64,000 nt of DNA, taken from positions 480,001 through 544,000 of the forward strand of contig CAVSGI010000006.1 in NCBI GenBank assembly GCA_963727445.1, given 5' to 3'. Positions within the stretch are counted from its first letter, which is position 1; each line of letters starts with the position of its first letter. The position numbers and the translations under genes were made by a program. This stretch comes from an uncultured delta proteobacterium (GTDB lineage: Bacteria; Myxococcota_A; Polyangia; Polyangiales; B10-G4). This document shows, one piece after another, positions 55,206 through 64,000 of the stretch. The notes beneath the pieces were generated by a model. That model searched no databases and had not been told where the DNA came from. It saw only the letters and a program-made list of their open reading frames with translations.

Positions 55206-56127
55206 GACGTGGCGAGAAGTGACCGCGACGCGGTCACAAGTCCGAGCGTTGGGTGCGACGTCGGGAGAAGTGACCGCGACGCGGTCACAAGTCGGGTCGT
55301 TGGGTGCGACGTCGGGAGAAGTGACCGCGACGCGGTCACAAGTCGGGTCGTTGGGTGCGACGTCGGGAGAAGTGACCGCGACGCGGTCACAAGTCGGGTC
55401 GTTGGGTGCGACGTCGGGAGAAGTGACCGCGACGCGGTCACAAGTCCGAGCGTTGGGTGCGACGTCGGGAGAAGTGACCGCGACGCGGTCACAAGTCTGG
55501 TCGTTGGGTGCGACGTCGGGAGAAGTGACCGCGAAGCGCCAAGTCTGGTCGATTGGGTGCGACGTCGGGAGAAGTGACCGCGACGCGGTCACAAGTCCGA
55601 GCGTTGGGTGCGACGTCGGGAGAAGTGACCGCGACGCGGTCACAAGTCTGGTCGTTGGGTGCGACGTCGGGAGAAGTGACCGCGAAGCGGTCACAGGTCT
55701 GGCGTTGGGTGCGACGTCGGGAGAAGTGACCGCGAAGCGGTCACAAGTCTGGTCGTTGGGCGCGACGTCGGGAGAAGTGACCGCGAAGCGACAAGTGGTC
55801 GTTGGGTGCGACGTCGGGAGAAGTGACCGCGAAGCGGTCACGTTGGGTGCGGACGTCGGGAGAAGTGACCGCGACGCGGTCACAAGTCGGGTCGTTGGGC
55901 GCGACGTCGGGAGAAGTGACCGCGACGCGGTCACAAGTCCGAGCGTTGGGTGCGACGTCGGGAGAAGTGACCGCGACGCGGTCACAAGTCCGAGCGTTGG
56001 GCGCGACGTGGCGAGAAGTGACCGCGACGCGGTCACAAGTCTGGTCGTTGGGTGCGACGTCGGGAGAAGTGACCGCGACGCGGTCACAAGTCCGAGCGTT
56101 GGGTGCGACGTGGCGAGGAGTGACCGC
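55206..56127. repeat. Tandem array of 18 full plus 1 partial 51-bp palindromic units
   Basis: Consensus GACGTCGGGAGAA-GTGACCGCGACGCGGTCAC-AAGTC(CGAGC/GGGTC/TGGTC)GTTGGGTGC. GAGAAGT recurs at 55214, 55265, 55316 ... 56064. Confidence 0.97.
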
Positions 56128-56484
56128 TCGTGCGTCTCACGGCTGAACGCATTGCGCCGGGCGCACCGCGCCCACCCCCCGCCGCGAAGCGGCGGCCACA
56201 GAGGCGCCGCAGGCGCCGCGGCCCGAGGCCTCTCCAACCTCGAAGCCGCGTTCCACGGCTTCCACCCCCACGCTTCATCGCCCGACGTTTCCCCGTCCCA
56301 CGCCCTCGAGCGCCACCCCGGTCATCCCCACTCGTCACGCGCCGCCCGTCGCCACCTCAGCTCCCCTCATCAGCCAAAGCGCGCTCCCCACGGCCAACCA
56401 CGTTCGCTCGCGCGATCGACCGAGATCACGAGGCGAAAACCCACGAGGCATGGCTCCTCCAGACCCGACTCGACCCACCCCACA

Positions 56485-57033
56485 TCACTCCACCCGCAAC
56501 CTGACGCACCCCCGCACCTCGTCACCCGCGTCCTCTACCCGCGCCCAATCGATCGCCCCGCCTGCGGCGCGCACCCCCAGAACCACGTCGCATCGCCGCA
56601 CCACGAGCCCTCCCGGCGCGTCGGGCATGGCGTCCACGATGAGCGGTGCGGCGTCCTCGCCGAAGCCGAAGAGCAGAGGGCGGCCGTCGTCGCCCCAGGC
56701 CAAAAAGGCGCGCTCACGCGTAGGGGGCGGCAAGAGTCCTGCGCGAATCACGACGTGGGCGGCGGGCGCCCACGCTTCGTCCTCCCAGCTTTCACCGGGG
56801 GCGAAGAAGCTCACGCCCAGGCTGCCGAGGCACTGGCCGTCTTCGGGCCACTGCTCGTAGCGACCCCGGGCCATCCACGCACGCGGGCCGGCGGCGGGCT
56901 CGCCCAGCGGGAGGTCGAGCTCGGGGCAGGGGCCGTCGTCAGCCGATCGACTGACGAGCACCAAAAAGACGAGGGCGAGGATCAGCGCGGGCAGGGCCAG
57001 CGCGACGATGGCGACGCCTCGCCGCCGGTTCAT
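56485..57033 (-). CDS. Hypothetical protein with N-terminal TM/signal sequence
   Basis: ATGA overlap with the glgB stop. MNRRR followed by a hydrophobic helix. Confidence 0.65.
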   Translation of the reverse strand: MNRRRGVAIVALALPALILALVFLVLVSRSADDGPCPELDLPLGEPAAGPRAWMARGRYEQWPEDGQCLGSLGVSFFAPGESWEDEAWAPAAHVVIRAGLLPPPTRERAFLAWGDDGRPLLFGFGEDAAPLIVDAMPDAPGGLVVRRCDVVLGVRAAGGAIDWARVEDAGDEVRGCVRLRVE

Positions 57034-58919
57034 CCCTCGTCGTGCTCGAAGAAGACCGCGCCCAGGGGCGGAAGGGTCACGGAGATGGACGCCGGGCGGC
57101 CGTGGCTCTTGATGTTCTCGGCATCCACGCCGCCGAGGTTCCCCACGCCCCCTCCGCCGTATCGCTCGGCGTCGGTGTTGAGGATCTCCTTCCAGCGCCC
57201 GGGCGCGACCACGCCGAGCCGGTAGCCCTCGCGCGGGACTGGCGTGAAGTTGAAGGCGCAGACCACGCGGCGGTCGTCGCGGCTGCGGCGCATGAAGGAC
57301 AGGACGCTCTGCGCGCGGTCGTCACCCGCGATCCACTCGTATCCCGTCGGGTCGACGTCGAGCTCGTGAAGCGCCGGGCGCCCGCGATAGAGCGCGTTCA
57401 GGTCACCGACCAGCGCGCTGATGCCCGCGTGGCGCGGATCGTCCATCAGATGCCACGGGACCGAGCCGTCGTGATTCCACTCGTCGTACTGACCGAGCTC
57501 GGCCCCCATGAAGAGGAGCTTCTTGCCGTTCATCGCCCATTGATAGGCGAAGAGCAGTCGCAGGTTCGCCCGTTTCTGCCAGTCGTCCCCGGGCATCTTG
57601 CTGTAGAGCGAGCCCTTCATGTGGACCACCTCGTCGTGGCTCAGCGGCAGGACGAAGTTCTCGTGGAAGGCGTAGATGCTGCGGAAGGTGAGCTCGTCGT
57701 GATGGTGGCGGCGGTGCACCGGATCGCGCGAGAAGTAGCTCAGCGTGTCGTGCATCCACCCCATGTCCCACTTCAGGCCGAAGCCGAGTCCGCCGATGGA
57801 GGTCGGCCGGCTGACCATGGGCCAGGAGGTGGACTCCTCGGCGTAGGTCTGCACGTCGGGATGGTCGCGATACACCGACTCGTTGAGCTGCTTCAGGAAG
57901 CCGATGGCTTCGAGGTTCTCGCGGCCGCCGTGACGGTTCGGGAGCCAATGCCCCTCCTCGCGGCTGTAGTCGAGGTAGAGCATGGAGGCGACGCCATCCA
58001 CGCGCAGACCGTCTACGTGATACTGGTCGAGCCAGAACATCGCGCTCGACAAGAGGAAGCTGCGCACCTCGTGTCGGCCGTAGTTGAAGATGTAGGTCGT
58101 CCAGTCGGGGTGGAAGCCGCGTCGGGGATCGGCGTGCTCGTAGAGGTGGGTGCCGTCGAAGCTGCCGAGGCCGTGCGCATCGGTCGGGAAGTGCGCCGGG
58201 ACCCAGTCGAGGATCACTCCGATCCCCGCCTGATGCAGGGTGTCCACCAGGTACATGAAGTCCTGCGGCGTTCCGAAGCGGCTGGTGGGCGCGAAGAAGC
58301 CGGTGACCTGATAGCCCCAGCTCCCCGCGAAGGGATGCTCCATCACCGGAAGGAGCTCGACGTGGGTGAAGCCGAGCTTCGAGACGTGCTCCGCCAGGTA
58401 GGGCGCCATCTCCCGATACGAAAGCGATCGATTCCCGTCCTCCGGCACGCGCCGAAACGAACCGAGGTGCACCTCGTAGATGCTGATCGGTGCGTCGAGG
58501 GCGTTCTTCTTTCGCCGCTCCTCCATCCACGTCGCGTCGCCCCATTCGTAGTCGAGGTCCCAGAGCACCGAGGCGGTCTTGGGGGGCGTCTCGTGGTGGA
58601 TGCCGTACGGGTCGGCCTTCTCCACGAGGCCGCTCGCGGTGCGGATCGCGTACTTGTAGGCGTCGCCCTTCTTCGCCCCCGCGATGAAGCCCTCCCAGAT
58701 ACCGCTCGAGCCCCGGGGCGACAGCGCATCGCTGTCGGGATTCCAGCCGTTCGTCGTGCAGATCACCGACACGCCTTCGGCGGCGGGCGCCCAGACGCTG
58801 AACCACGCCCCTTCTCGGCCTTCGTGGGTGACGAGGCGCGCACCGAGCTTGTTGCCGAGCTGGTGGTGGGTGCCCTCGTTGAAGAGGTAGAGGTCGTCTT
58901 CGCTCAGTCCGCTGGTCAT
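57030..58919 (-). CDS. glgB: 1,4-alpha-glucan branching enzyme GlgB
   Basis: [60 protein letters not shown]. Confidence 0.97.
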   Translation of the reverse strand: MTSGLSEDDLYLFNEGTHHQLGNKLGARLVTHEGREGAWFSVWAPAAEGVSVICTTNGWNPDSDALSPRGSSGIWEGFIAGAKKGDAYKYAIRTASGLVEKADPYGIHHETPPKTASVLWDLDYEWGDATWMEERRKKNALDAPISIYEVHLGSFRRVPEDGNRSLSYREMAPYLAEHVSKLGFTHVELLPVMEHPFAGSWGYQVTGFFAPTSRFGTPQDFMYLVDTLHQAGIGVILDWVPAHFPTDAHGLGSFDGTHLYEHADPRRGFHPDWTTYIFNYGRHEVRSFLLSSAMFWLDQYHVDGLRVDGVASMLYLDYSREEGHWLPNRHGGRENLEAIGFLKQLNESVYRDHPDVQTYAEESTSWPMVSRPTSIGGLGFGLKWDMGWMHDTLSYFSRDPVHRRHHHDELTFRSIYAFHENFVLPLSHDEVVHMKGSLYSKMPGDDWQKRANLRLLFAYQWAMNGKKLLFMGAELGQYDEWNHDGSVPWHLMDDPRHAGISALVGDLNALYRGRPALHELDVDPTGYEWIAGDDRAQSVLSFMRRSRDDRRVVCAFNFTPVPREGYRLGVVAPGRWKEILNTDAERYGGGGVGNLGGVDAENIKSHGRPASISVTLPPLGAVFFEHDEG

Positions 58920-60970
58920 CTTCGCTTTCGCCGGTCGTCGATCATCGAAAGGATCCGCCGCACCTCCGTGTCCGTGCAAATCGCTTCCAGGCGCCGCGCC
59001 GCTTTGCGCCGCCAATTGGGCCGCTCGCGGTGGGTCCCGGGGACGTTCTGCGGCGATCCTTCGAGCCAGAGGTCCTCCAGGTTCACCAGCAGGAGGTGCG
59101 CGTCGCTTCCCGCCAGGGCGCCGAGGGCCGCCTCGAGGGTGGCAGCCGGCTCGCGCGCGACCCCCAGGCGGTCCGCGAGGGTGTGGGCGAGCGCTTTGCG
59201 CTCCCGCTTCTCGGTCTGTGCATCCTCCGCGGGCGTGAGCCCCATCTCCACGCGCACGTCGATGTCGCGCCCCTCCCACCAGCCGCGCCAGGTGGGCAGG
59301 TCGTGGGTGTTGGCGGAGGCCACCGACGACTCCCCGATCGCGCCCATGATCATCGTCTCCTCGGGACGGAGCTCGAAGGGGAGCACATACATCCGCGACA
59401 GCGCGTGGCGATCCATCGCCTCGCGCACCGCGTCGGGAACAGTGCCGAGATCCTCGCCGACGATCATCGTCTGGTGCCGGTGGCTCTCGACACAGACCAC
59501 CGCGTAGAGCTCTTCGTGGGGCATGTGCACGTACACGCCCTCGGTCGCATCCATCTCGTCGGGGATGCAGTAGAGACGATGCAGGCCCATCACGTGATCG
59601 ATGCGCAGGACGCCGGCCCCTCGCATCTGGTGAGAGAGGCACTCGCGCAGGTAGGCGTAGCCCGAACGGCGAAGCCCGGTGGGAGACATGGGCGCAAAGC
59701 CCCATTTCTGGCCGCCGGTGAAGAGCGCGTCGGGGGGCGCTCCCGCGGAGAGGCTCGACAAGAACGACGCGGGCTCGCGGTAGGCATCATAGCCCTCGGG
59801 ATGCACCCCCAGCGGCATGTCGAGGTAGAGGCCCAGACCGAGCTTCGCCGCTTCGTCGCAGGCGTGGCCGAGCTGCTCACCGGCGCGGAGCTGCGCGTAG
59901 AGGTGATAGCGGATCCGCCGCGGGTCCGCGTTTTCGAGGGCGTTTGCCGGGAAGAGGGAGGGGCTGCCGTGCTCCTCCACCGCGGCGCGGAAGCGCGCGT
60001 AGTCGCGCAGGTGGGGGTGATGCGTCTCGAAGGCGCGGAGCTCCGATTCCGCCCCGCTGTCCTCGAAGAAGGTCTCGGCGAGGGCTTCGAGCGCCGGACG
60101 CAGGAGCGCGTAGCGCCGCGCGTAGTCGACCAGCGGCTCGGCCCGCAGCGCCGCCGCCTCGGCCTGGAAAGCGTCGCTCTCGGTGAGGCGCTTCGCTTCC
60201 GCCGAGCGCGCGTGCTCGCGGGTGGCGATCGGATCGACGAAGAGCTCGTTCCAGAAACGCCGGCTCACCGGTGCGTAGGGGCTGTATTCGAAAGGCTCCT
60301 CCAGAAAGGTGGCGAGGAGCGGAAGCGTGCCCACCATCTCGCCGCCCAGCTCACCGACGAAGCGCACCAGCGAGGCGAGGTCGGTGGCGTCGCCGCCACC
60401 CAGGCTCCGTTCGCTCTCGAGGGCGTAGAGCGGCAGGAAGGCGCCCCAGGCGCGGGTGCCCTCGCGCACGAAGGCGCGCGAGGGGCTGGCGATCAGCGTG
60501 AGCGTCGCCGGCGCGTGCGTGCCGTGTTCGATCGAGACGCGGTGGTAGCCCATGGGCAGAGGCCCACCGAGCCCGAGCTTCCGCGCTTCGACGTGATGGC
60601 CGTCGATCTCGGCGCTCTCCACCACCGGCAGCTCCGAGGCCCGCGACTCCACCACCCGCTCCTCGCCGCCCTCGACGGCCAGGACCGCGCGAAGCTTCGT
60701 GCCGGCATCGACGCCGCGGATCACCACGCTCGGCGCCGCCTCGTCCCAGACCACCGCCACCGGTGCCACGGGGGTCCCCCAGCGATCGCGGTGGAAGTCC
60801 GCGATCGCCGATTCCACCCCACCGTCCGTGTCCACCGCCGCGCCCAGCGCGCGGAGGGTGGCGATCACCGCTTCGTCGCTGCCCACCCGTCGATTGCCGA
60901 GGGCGTCGTAATAGGCGGTTTCTACGCCGTACGACGATGCGAGCTCCTCGAGGCGGACGCGAGAGGTCAT
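58916..60970 (-). CDS. malQ: 4-alpha-glucanotransferase MalQ (GH77)
   Basis: [54 protein letters not shown]. Confidence 0.96.
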   Translation of the reverse strand: MTSRVRLEELASSYGVETAYYDALGNRRVGSDEAVIATLRALGAAVDTDGGVESAIADFHRDRWGTPVAPVAVVWDEAAPSVVIRGVDAGTKLRAVLAVEGGEERVVESRASELPVVESAEIDGHHVEARKLGLGGPLPMGYHRVSIEHGTHAPATLTLIASPSRAFVREGTRAWGAFLPLYALESERSLGGGDATDLASLVRFVGELGGEMVGTLPLLATFLEEPFEYSPYAPVSRRFWNELFVDPIATREHARSAEAKRLTESDAFQAEAAALRAEPLVDYARRYALLRPALEALAETFFEDSGAESELRAFETHHPHLRDYARFRAAVEEHGSPSLFPANALENADPRRIRYHLYAQLRAGEQLGHACDEAAKLGLGLYLDMPLGVHPEGYDAYREPASFLSSLSAGAPPDALFTGGQKWGFAPMSPTGLRRSGYAYLRECLSHQMRGAGVLRIDHVMGLHRLYCIPDEMDATEGVYVHMPHEELYAVVCVESHRHQTMIVGEDLGTVPDAVREAMDRHALSRMYVLPFELRPEETMIMGAIGESSVASANTHDLPTWRGWWEGRDIDVRVEMGLTPAEDAQTEKRERKALAHTLADRLGVAREPAATLEAALGALAGSDAHLLLVNLEDLWLEGSPQNVPGTHRERPNWRRKAARRLEAICTDTEVRRILSMIDDRRKRR

Positions 60971-61053
60971 CGGTTCGGGGTGCGGAGTAGGGCATGCTGA
61001 TGGGGCAGGGTCAAGGACGACAGGCTGCCAGACGTGGTATCGATGCGATCCCG

Positions 61054-63195
61054 ATGAAGATCTGGCCGGGCCGACCCTATCCCCTGGGCGCCACCTACGA
61101 TGGCACCGGGACCAACTTCGCTCTCTTCAGCGAGATCGGGCAGCGCGTCGAGCTGTGCCTCTTCGACGAGGCGGGAGAGGAGACGAGCATCGACCTGCCC
61201 GAGCACACGGGCCTCACCTTTCACGGATACGTGCCGGGCGTCCGCCCGGGGCAGCACTACGGCTTTCGCGTCCACGGCCCCTACGATCCCGTGGCGGGGC
61301 ATCGCTGTCATCCATCGAAGCTCCTTGTCGATCCCTACGCCAAGGCGGTCGAGGGCAGCGTGACCTGGCATCCCGCGGTCTACGGATACACAGCCGGCCA
61401 GCCCGACGGCCCCCCGAACGAAGAGGACAGCGCGCCCTACGTCCCGCGCTCCGTCGTCGTCAATCCCTTCTTCGATTGGGGACACGACCGTCCGCCGCGC
61501 ACGCCGTGGCACAAGACCGTCATCTACGAGTTGCACGTCAAGGGGTTCACCCAACTCCACCCGCAGATCCCCGAAGAGCTGCGCGGGACGTACGCCGGGC
61601 TCGCCCACCCGGTCGCCATCGAGTACCTCAAGCGGCTCGGCGTCACCGCGGTCGAGTTGATGCCCGTCCATCAGTTCGTGCACGACCAGTTCCTGAAGGA
61701 CCAGGGCCTGCGCAACTACTGGGGCTACAACTCCCTGGCCTATCTCGCGCCCCACGACGAGTACGCCGCTTCCGGTAAGCGGGGGGAGCAGGTGCAGGAA
61801 TTCAAGAGCATGGTGAAAGCCCTGCACGAAGCCAACATCGAGCTGATCCTCGACGTCGTCTACAACCACACCTGCGAAGGCAATCACCGCGGCCCGACCT
61901 TGTCGCTGCGCGGCATCGACAACGCGGCGTACTACCGCCTCGATCCCAGGGACTGGCGCCGCTACCTCGACTACACCGGCACCGGCAACACGATGAACAT
62001 GCGGCACCCGCACGTGCTGCAGCTCATCATGGATTCGCTCCGCTACTGGGTGCTGGAGATGGGGGTCGACGGGTTCCGTTTCGATCTCGCCTCTGCGCTC
62101 GCCCGAGAGCTCCACGCCGTCGATCGACTCGCGGTCTTCTTCCAGATCATCCAACAGGACCCGGTGATCTCGCGGGTGAAGCTCATCGCCGAGCCCTGGG
62201 ACGTCGGGGAAGGCGGTTACCAGGTGGGGAACTTCCCGCCTCTGTGGTCCGAGTGGAACGGCAAGTACCGCGACTCGGTTCGCGACTTCTGGCGGGGTGA
62301 GGAGCAGAAGCTGGGGGAGCTGGCGGCGCGTCTCACCGGCAGCTCCGATCTCTACGCCATGCACGGGCGCCGCCCCCACGCGAGCGTCAACTTCATCACC
62401 GCGCACGACGGATTCACGCTTCGTGACCTGGTCTCGTACGACCACAAGCACAACGAGGCGAATCGGGAGCAGAACCGCGACGGAGAGGATCACAACCGTT
62501 CGTGGAACTGCGGCGTCGAGGGCGAGACCCACGATCCGGACATCCTCGCGCTCCGCACGCGGCAGCAGCGCAACTTCCTCGCGACGCTCCTGCTCTCTCA
62601 AGGCGTGCCGATGCTCCTGTCGGGAGACGAGCTCGGACGCACCCAGGGCGGCAACAACAACGCCTATTGTCAGGACAACGAGATCAGCTGGCTCGATTGG
62701 GAACGCCAGGACGTATCGCTCCTCGAGCTGACCCGGCGCCTGATCGCGCTGCGCAAGGCGCATCCGATCTTCCAGCGGCGGCGCTTCTTTCACGGTCGTG
62801 ACATCCGCGGGGGCCGCGACATCGCCTGGTACAAGCCGGATGGTCACGAGATGAGCGCCGAGGATTGGAACGTGTCCTTCGCGCGCTCGGTCGGGATCTT
62901 CCTCGACGGGCGCGCGATCCAGAGCACCGACGACCGCGGCGAGCGCCTCGTCGACGAGTCCTTCTATCTCATCTTCAGCGCGCACGACGGTAAGCTGAAG
63001 TTCAAGCTTCCGGAGCTGAAGGACCACTCGAGCTGGGAGCTCTTCGTCTGCACCGAGCGCGAGATCCCGCCCGGGGGCCTCGCCTTCCGCTCCGGGGAGA
63101 CGATCGAGGTGGGGGCCCGCTCGGTGTGGGTCCTGTCGACGATGCGGGGCGCGCCGCTGGGGAGCTCGCCGGGGAACGTTCTCGCGGTGGACTGA
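61054..63195 (+). CDS. glgX: Glycogen debranching enzyme GlgX
   Basis: WPGRPYPLGAT, IYELHVKG, NYWGYN, DVVYNHT, DGFRFDLA, AEPWD, AHDGFTL, GNNNAYCQD. Confidence 0.97.
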   Translation: MKIWPGRPYPLGATYDGTGTNFALFSEIGQRVELCLFDEAGEETSIDLPEHTGLTFHGYVPGVRPGQHYGFRVHGPYDPVAGHRCHPSKLLVDPYAKAVEGSVTWHPAVYGYTAGQPDGPPNEEDSAPYVPRSVVVNPFFDWGHDRPPRTPWHKTVIYELHVKGFTQLHPQIPEELRGTYAGLAHPVAIEYLKRLGVTAVELMPVHQFVHDQFLKDQGLRNYWGYNSLAYLAPHDEYAASGKRGEQVQEFKSMVKALHEANIELILDVVYNHTCEGNHRGPTLSLRGIDNAAYYRLDPRDWRRYLDYTGTGNTMNMRHPHVLQLIMDSLRYWVLEMGVDGFRFDLASALARELHAVDRLAVFFQIIQQDPVISRVKLIAEPWDVGEGGYQVGNFPPLWSEWNGKYRDSVRDFWRGEEQKLGELAARLTGSSDLYAMHGRRPHASVNFITAHDGFTLRDLVSYDHKHNEANREQNRDGEDHNRSWNCGVEGETHDPDILALRTRQQRNFLATLLLSQGVPMLLSGDELGRTQGGNNNAYCQDNEISWLDWERQDVSLLELTRRLIALRKAHPIFQRRRFFHGRDIRGGRDIAWYKPDGHEMSAEDWNVSFARSVGIFLDGRAIQSTDDRGERLVDESFYLIFSAHDGKLKFKLPELKDHSSWELFVCTEREIPPGGLAFRSGETIEVGARSVWVLSTMRGAPLGSSPGNVLAVD

Positions 63196-63198
63196 AGA

Positions 63199-64000
63199 GT
63201 GGTCGGGGGGGAGCGCATCGCGGTGGTCGGCGGCGGCCCGGCGGGGAGCACGCTCTCGGCGCTCCTCGCGCGGCAGGGCCGGCGCGTGGTGCTCTTCGCG
63301 GGGCCCCGGCGACGCACGTTGGTGGTGGGAGAGTCCCTGGTGCCCGCCGTGGTTCCGATCCTCGCGCGCCTCGGCGTCGAGGAGGAGGTCGCGGCCGTCA
63401 GCACCTACAAGCCCGGCGCCACGGTCACCTTCTCTGAGGCGGACCGCTACCCGCTGCCCTTCGTCGACGCCGAGGGGGAGCTGCCCTCCTACAGCTACAA
63501 CACCCCGCGCGACCGCTTCGACGGCATCCTCCAGAGCGCCGCCGAGCGCGCGGGCGTACGAGTGGTCGCGCGCGTGGCGCGCGTCGTCCGCACGGGGCCC
63601 GACTCGCTCGGGCTCTCGGACACGGCGCGGGAGGCGGCCGAGCCGGTCTTCGGCGGTGATGGTCCCGACCTGATTGTCGATGCGAGCGGTCGTGCGCGCC
63701 TCGTCGCGCGCACGCTGGGCCTGCCGGCCGTGGCCGGGGGTCGTAAGGACGCCGCGCTCTTCGCCCACTATCGAAGCGCGGAGCTCGATCGTCCGGGTGA
63801 CATTCACGTCGACCGGCACGAACGCGGTTGGGGTTGGCGCATCCCGCTGCCCGGACGTGTGTCGGTGGGGGTGGTCGTCGGGCGCGAGCACCTCGGCCCC
63901 GGCGCGCACGAGGCGCAGCTCGATCACCTCGTCGCCACCGATCGCGTGATCCGTCGTCACGCACCCACCGAACGGATCAGCGAGGTCGCCCGCTACGACA
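63199..64000 (+). CDS. Flavin-dependent halogenase-like FAD enzyme (3' end outside the window; absent from the ORF track)
   Basis: Hand translation from GTG 63199 gives IAVVGGGPAGS, VGESLVP, TYKPGA, RDRFD, VDASGR, GWGWRIPL. Confidence 0.85.
   Translation, partial: MVGGERIAVVGGGPAGSTLSALLARQGRRVVLFAGPRRRTLVVGESLVPAVVPILARLGVEEEVAAVSTYKPGATVTFSEADRYPLPFVDAEGELPSYSYNTPRDRFDGILQSAAERAGVRVVARVARVVRTGPDSLGLSDTAREAAEPVFGGDGPDLIVDASGRARLVARTLGLPAVAGGRKDAALFAHYRSAELDRPGDIHVDRHERGWGWRIPLPGRVSVGVVVGREHLGPGAHEAQLDHLVATDRVIRRHAPTERISEVARYD

Noticed and set aside
55206..56127. CRISPR array
   Set aside because: There are no unique spacers: the inter-palindrome sequence is itself repeated with only three short alleles. 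No cas genes are in the window.
54534..57225. Long ORFs crossing the arrays (54534-56237 minus, 55072-57225 plus, 52670-55492 minus)
   Set aside because: Several frames are open only because the units lack stops. Unit indels switch frames, GC3 is unremarkable, and some of these ORFs overlap real genes antisense.
57030..63195. malQ-glgB / glgX cluster as a novelty
   Set aside because: Standard glycogen/alpha-glucan metabolism genes.

Overview
High-GC bacterial chromosome segment whose gene content (many Cys-rich lipoproteins, DGG/DAG linkers, sigma54-like promoters) looks myxobacterial, probably Polyangiales/Sandaracinus-like; the taxon is an inference. It holds about 46 tightly packed genes: moaC, prmC, malQ-glgB and glgX, a MoxR-DUF58-VWA/DUF4175/TPR cluster, a FadL-like outer-membrane operon, cell-envelope enzymes and a truncated flavin-dependent halogenase-like gene. 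I saw no rRNA, tRNA, transposase, integrase or cas gene. Three observations stand out. (1) A ~2 kb apparently non-coding gap between convergent genes (54521-56484) carries two tandem arrays: 5 x ~93 bp G-rich units and ~18 x 51 bp units, each built around a palindrome. (2) A stand-alone protein (50228-51148) resembles the TyrRS/TrpRS catalytic fold but lacks HIGH/KMSKS, and sits inside a cluster of peptidoglycan and D-amino-acid enzymes. (3) Seven or eight single-base frameshifts occur, five of them explicable as an extra base inside GAT^CT, which suggests a DNA-modification footprint in a long-read assembly. All family calls are by eye from motifs; no searches were run.
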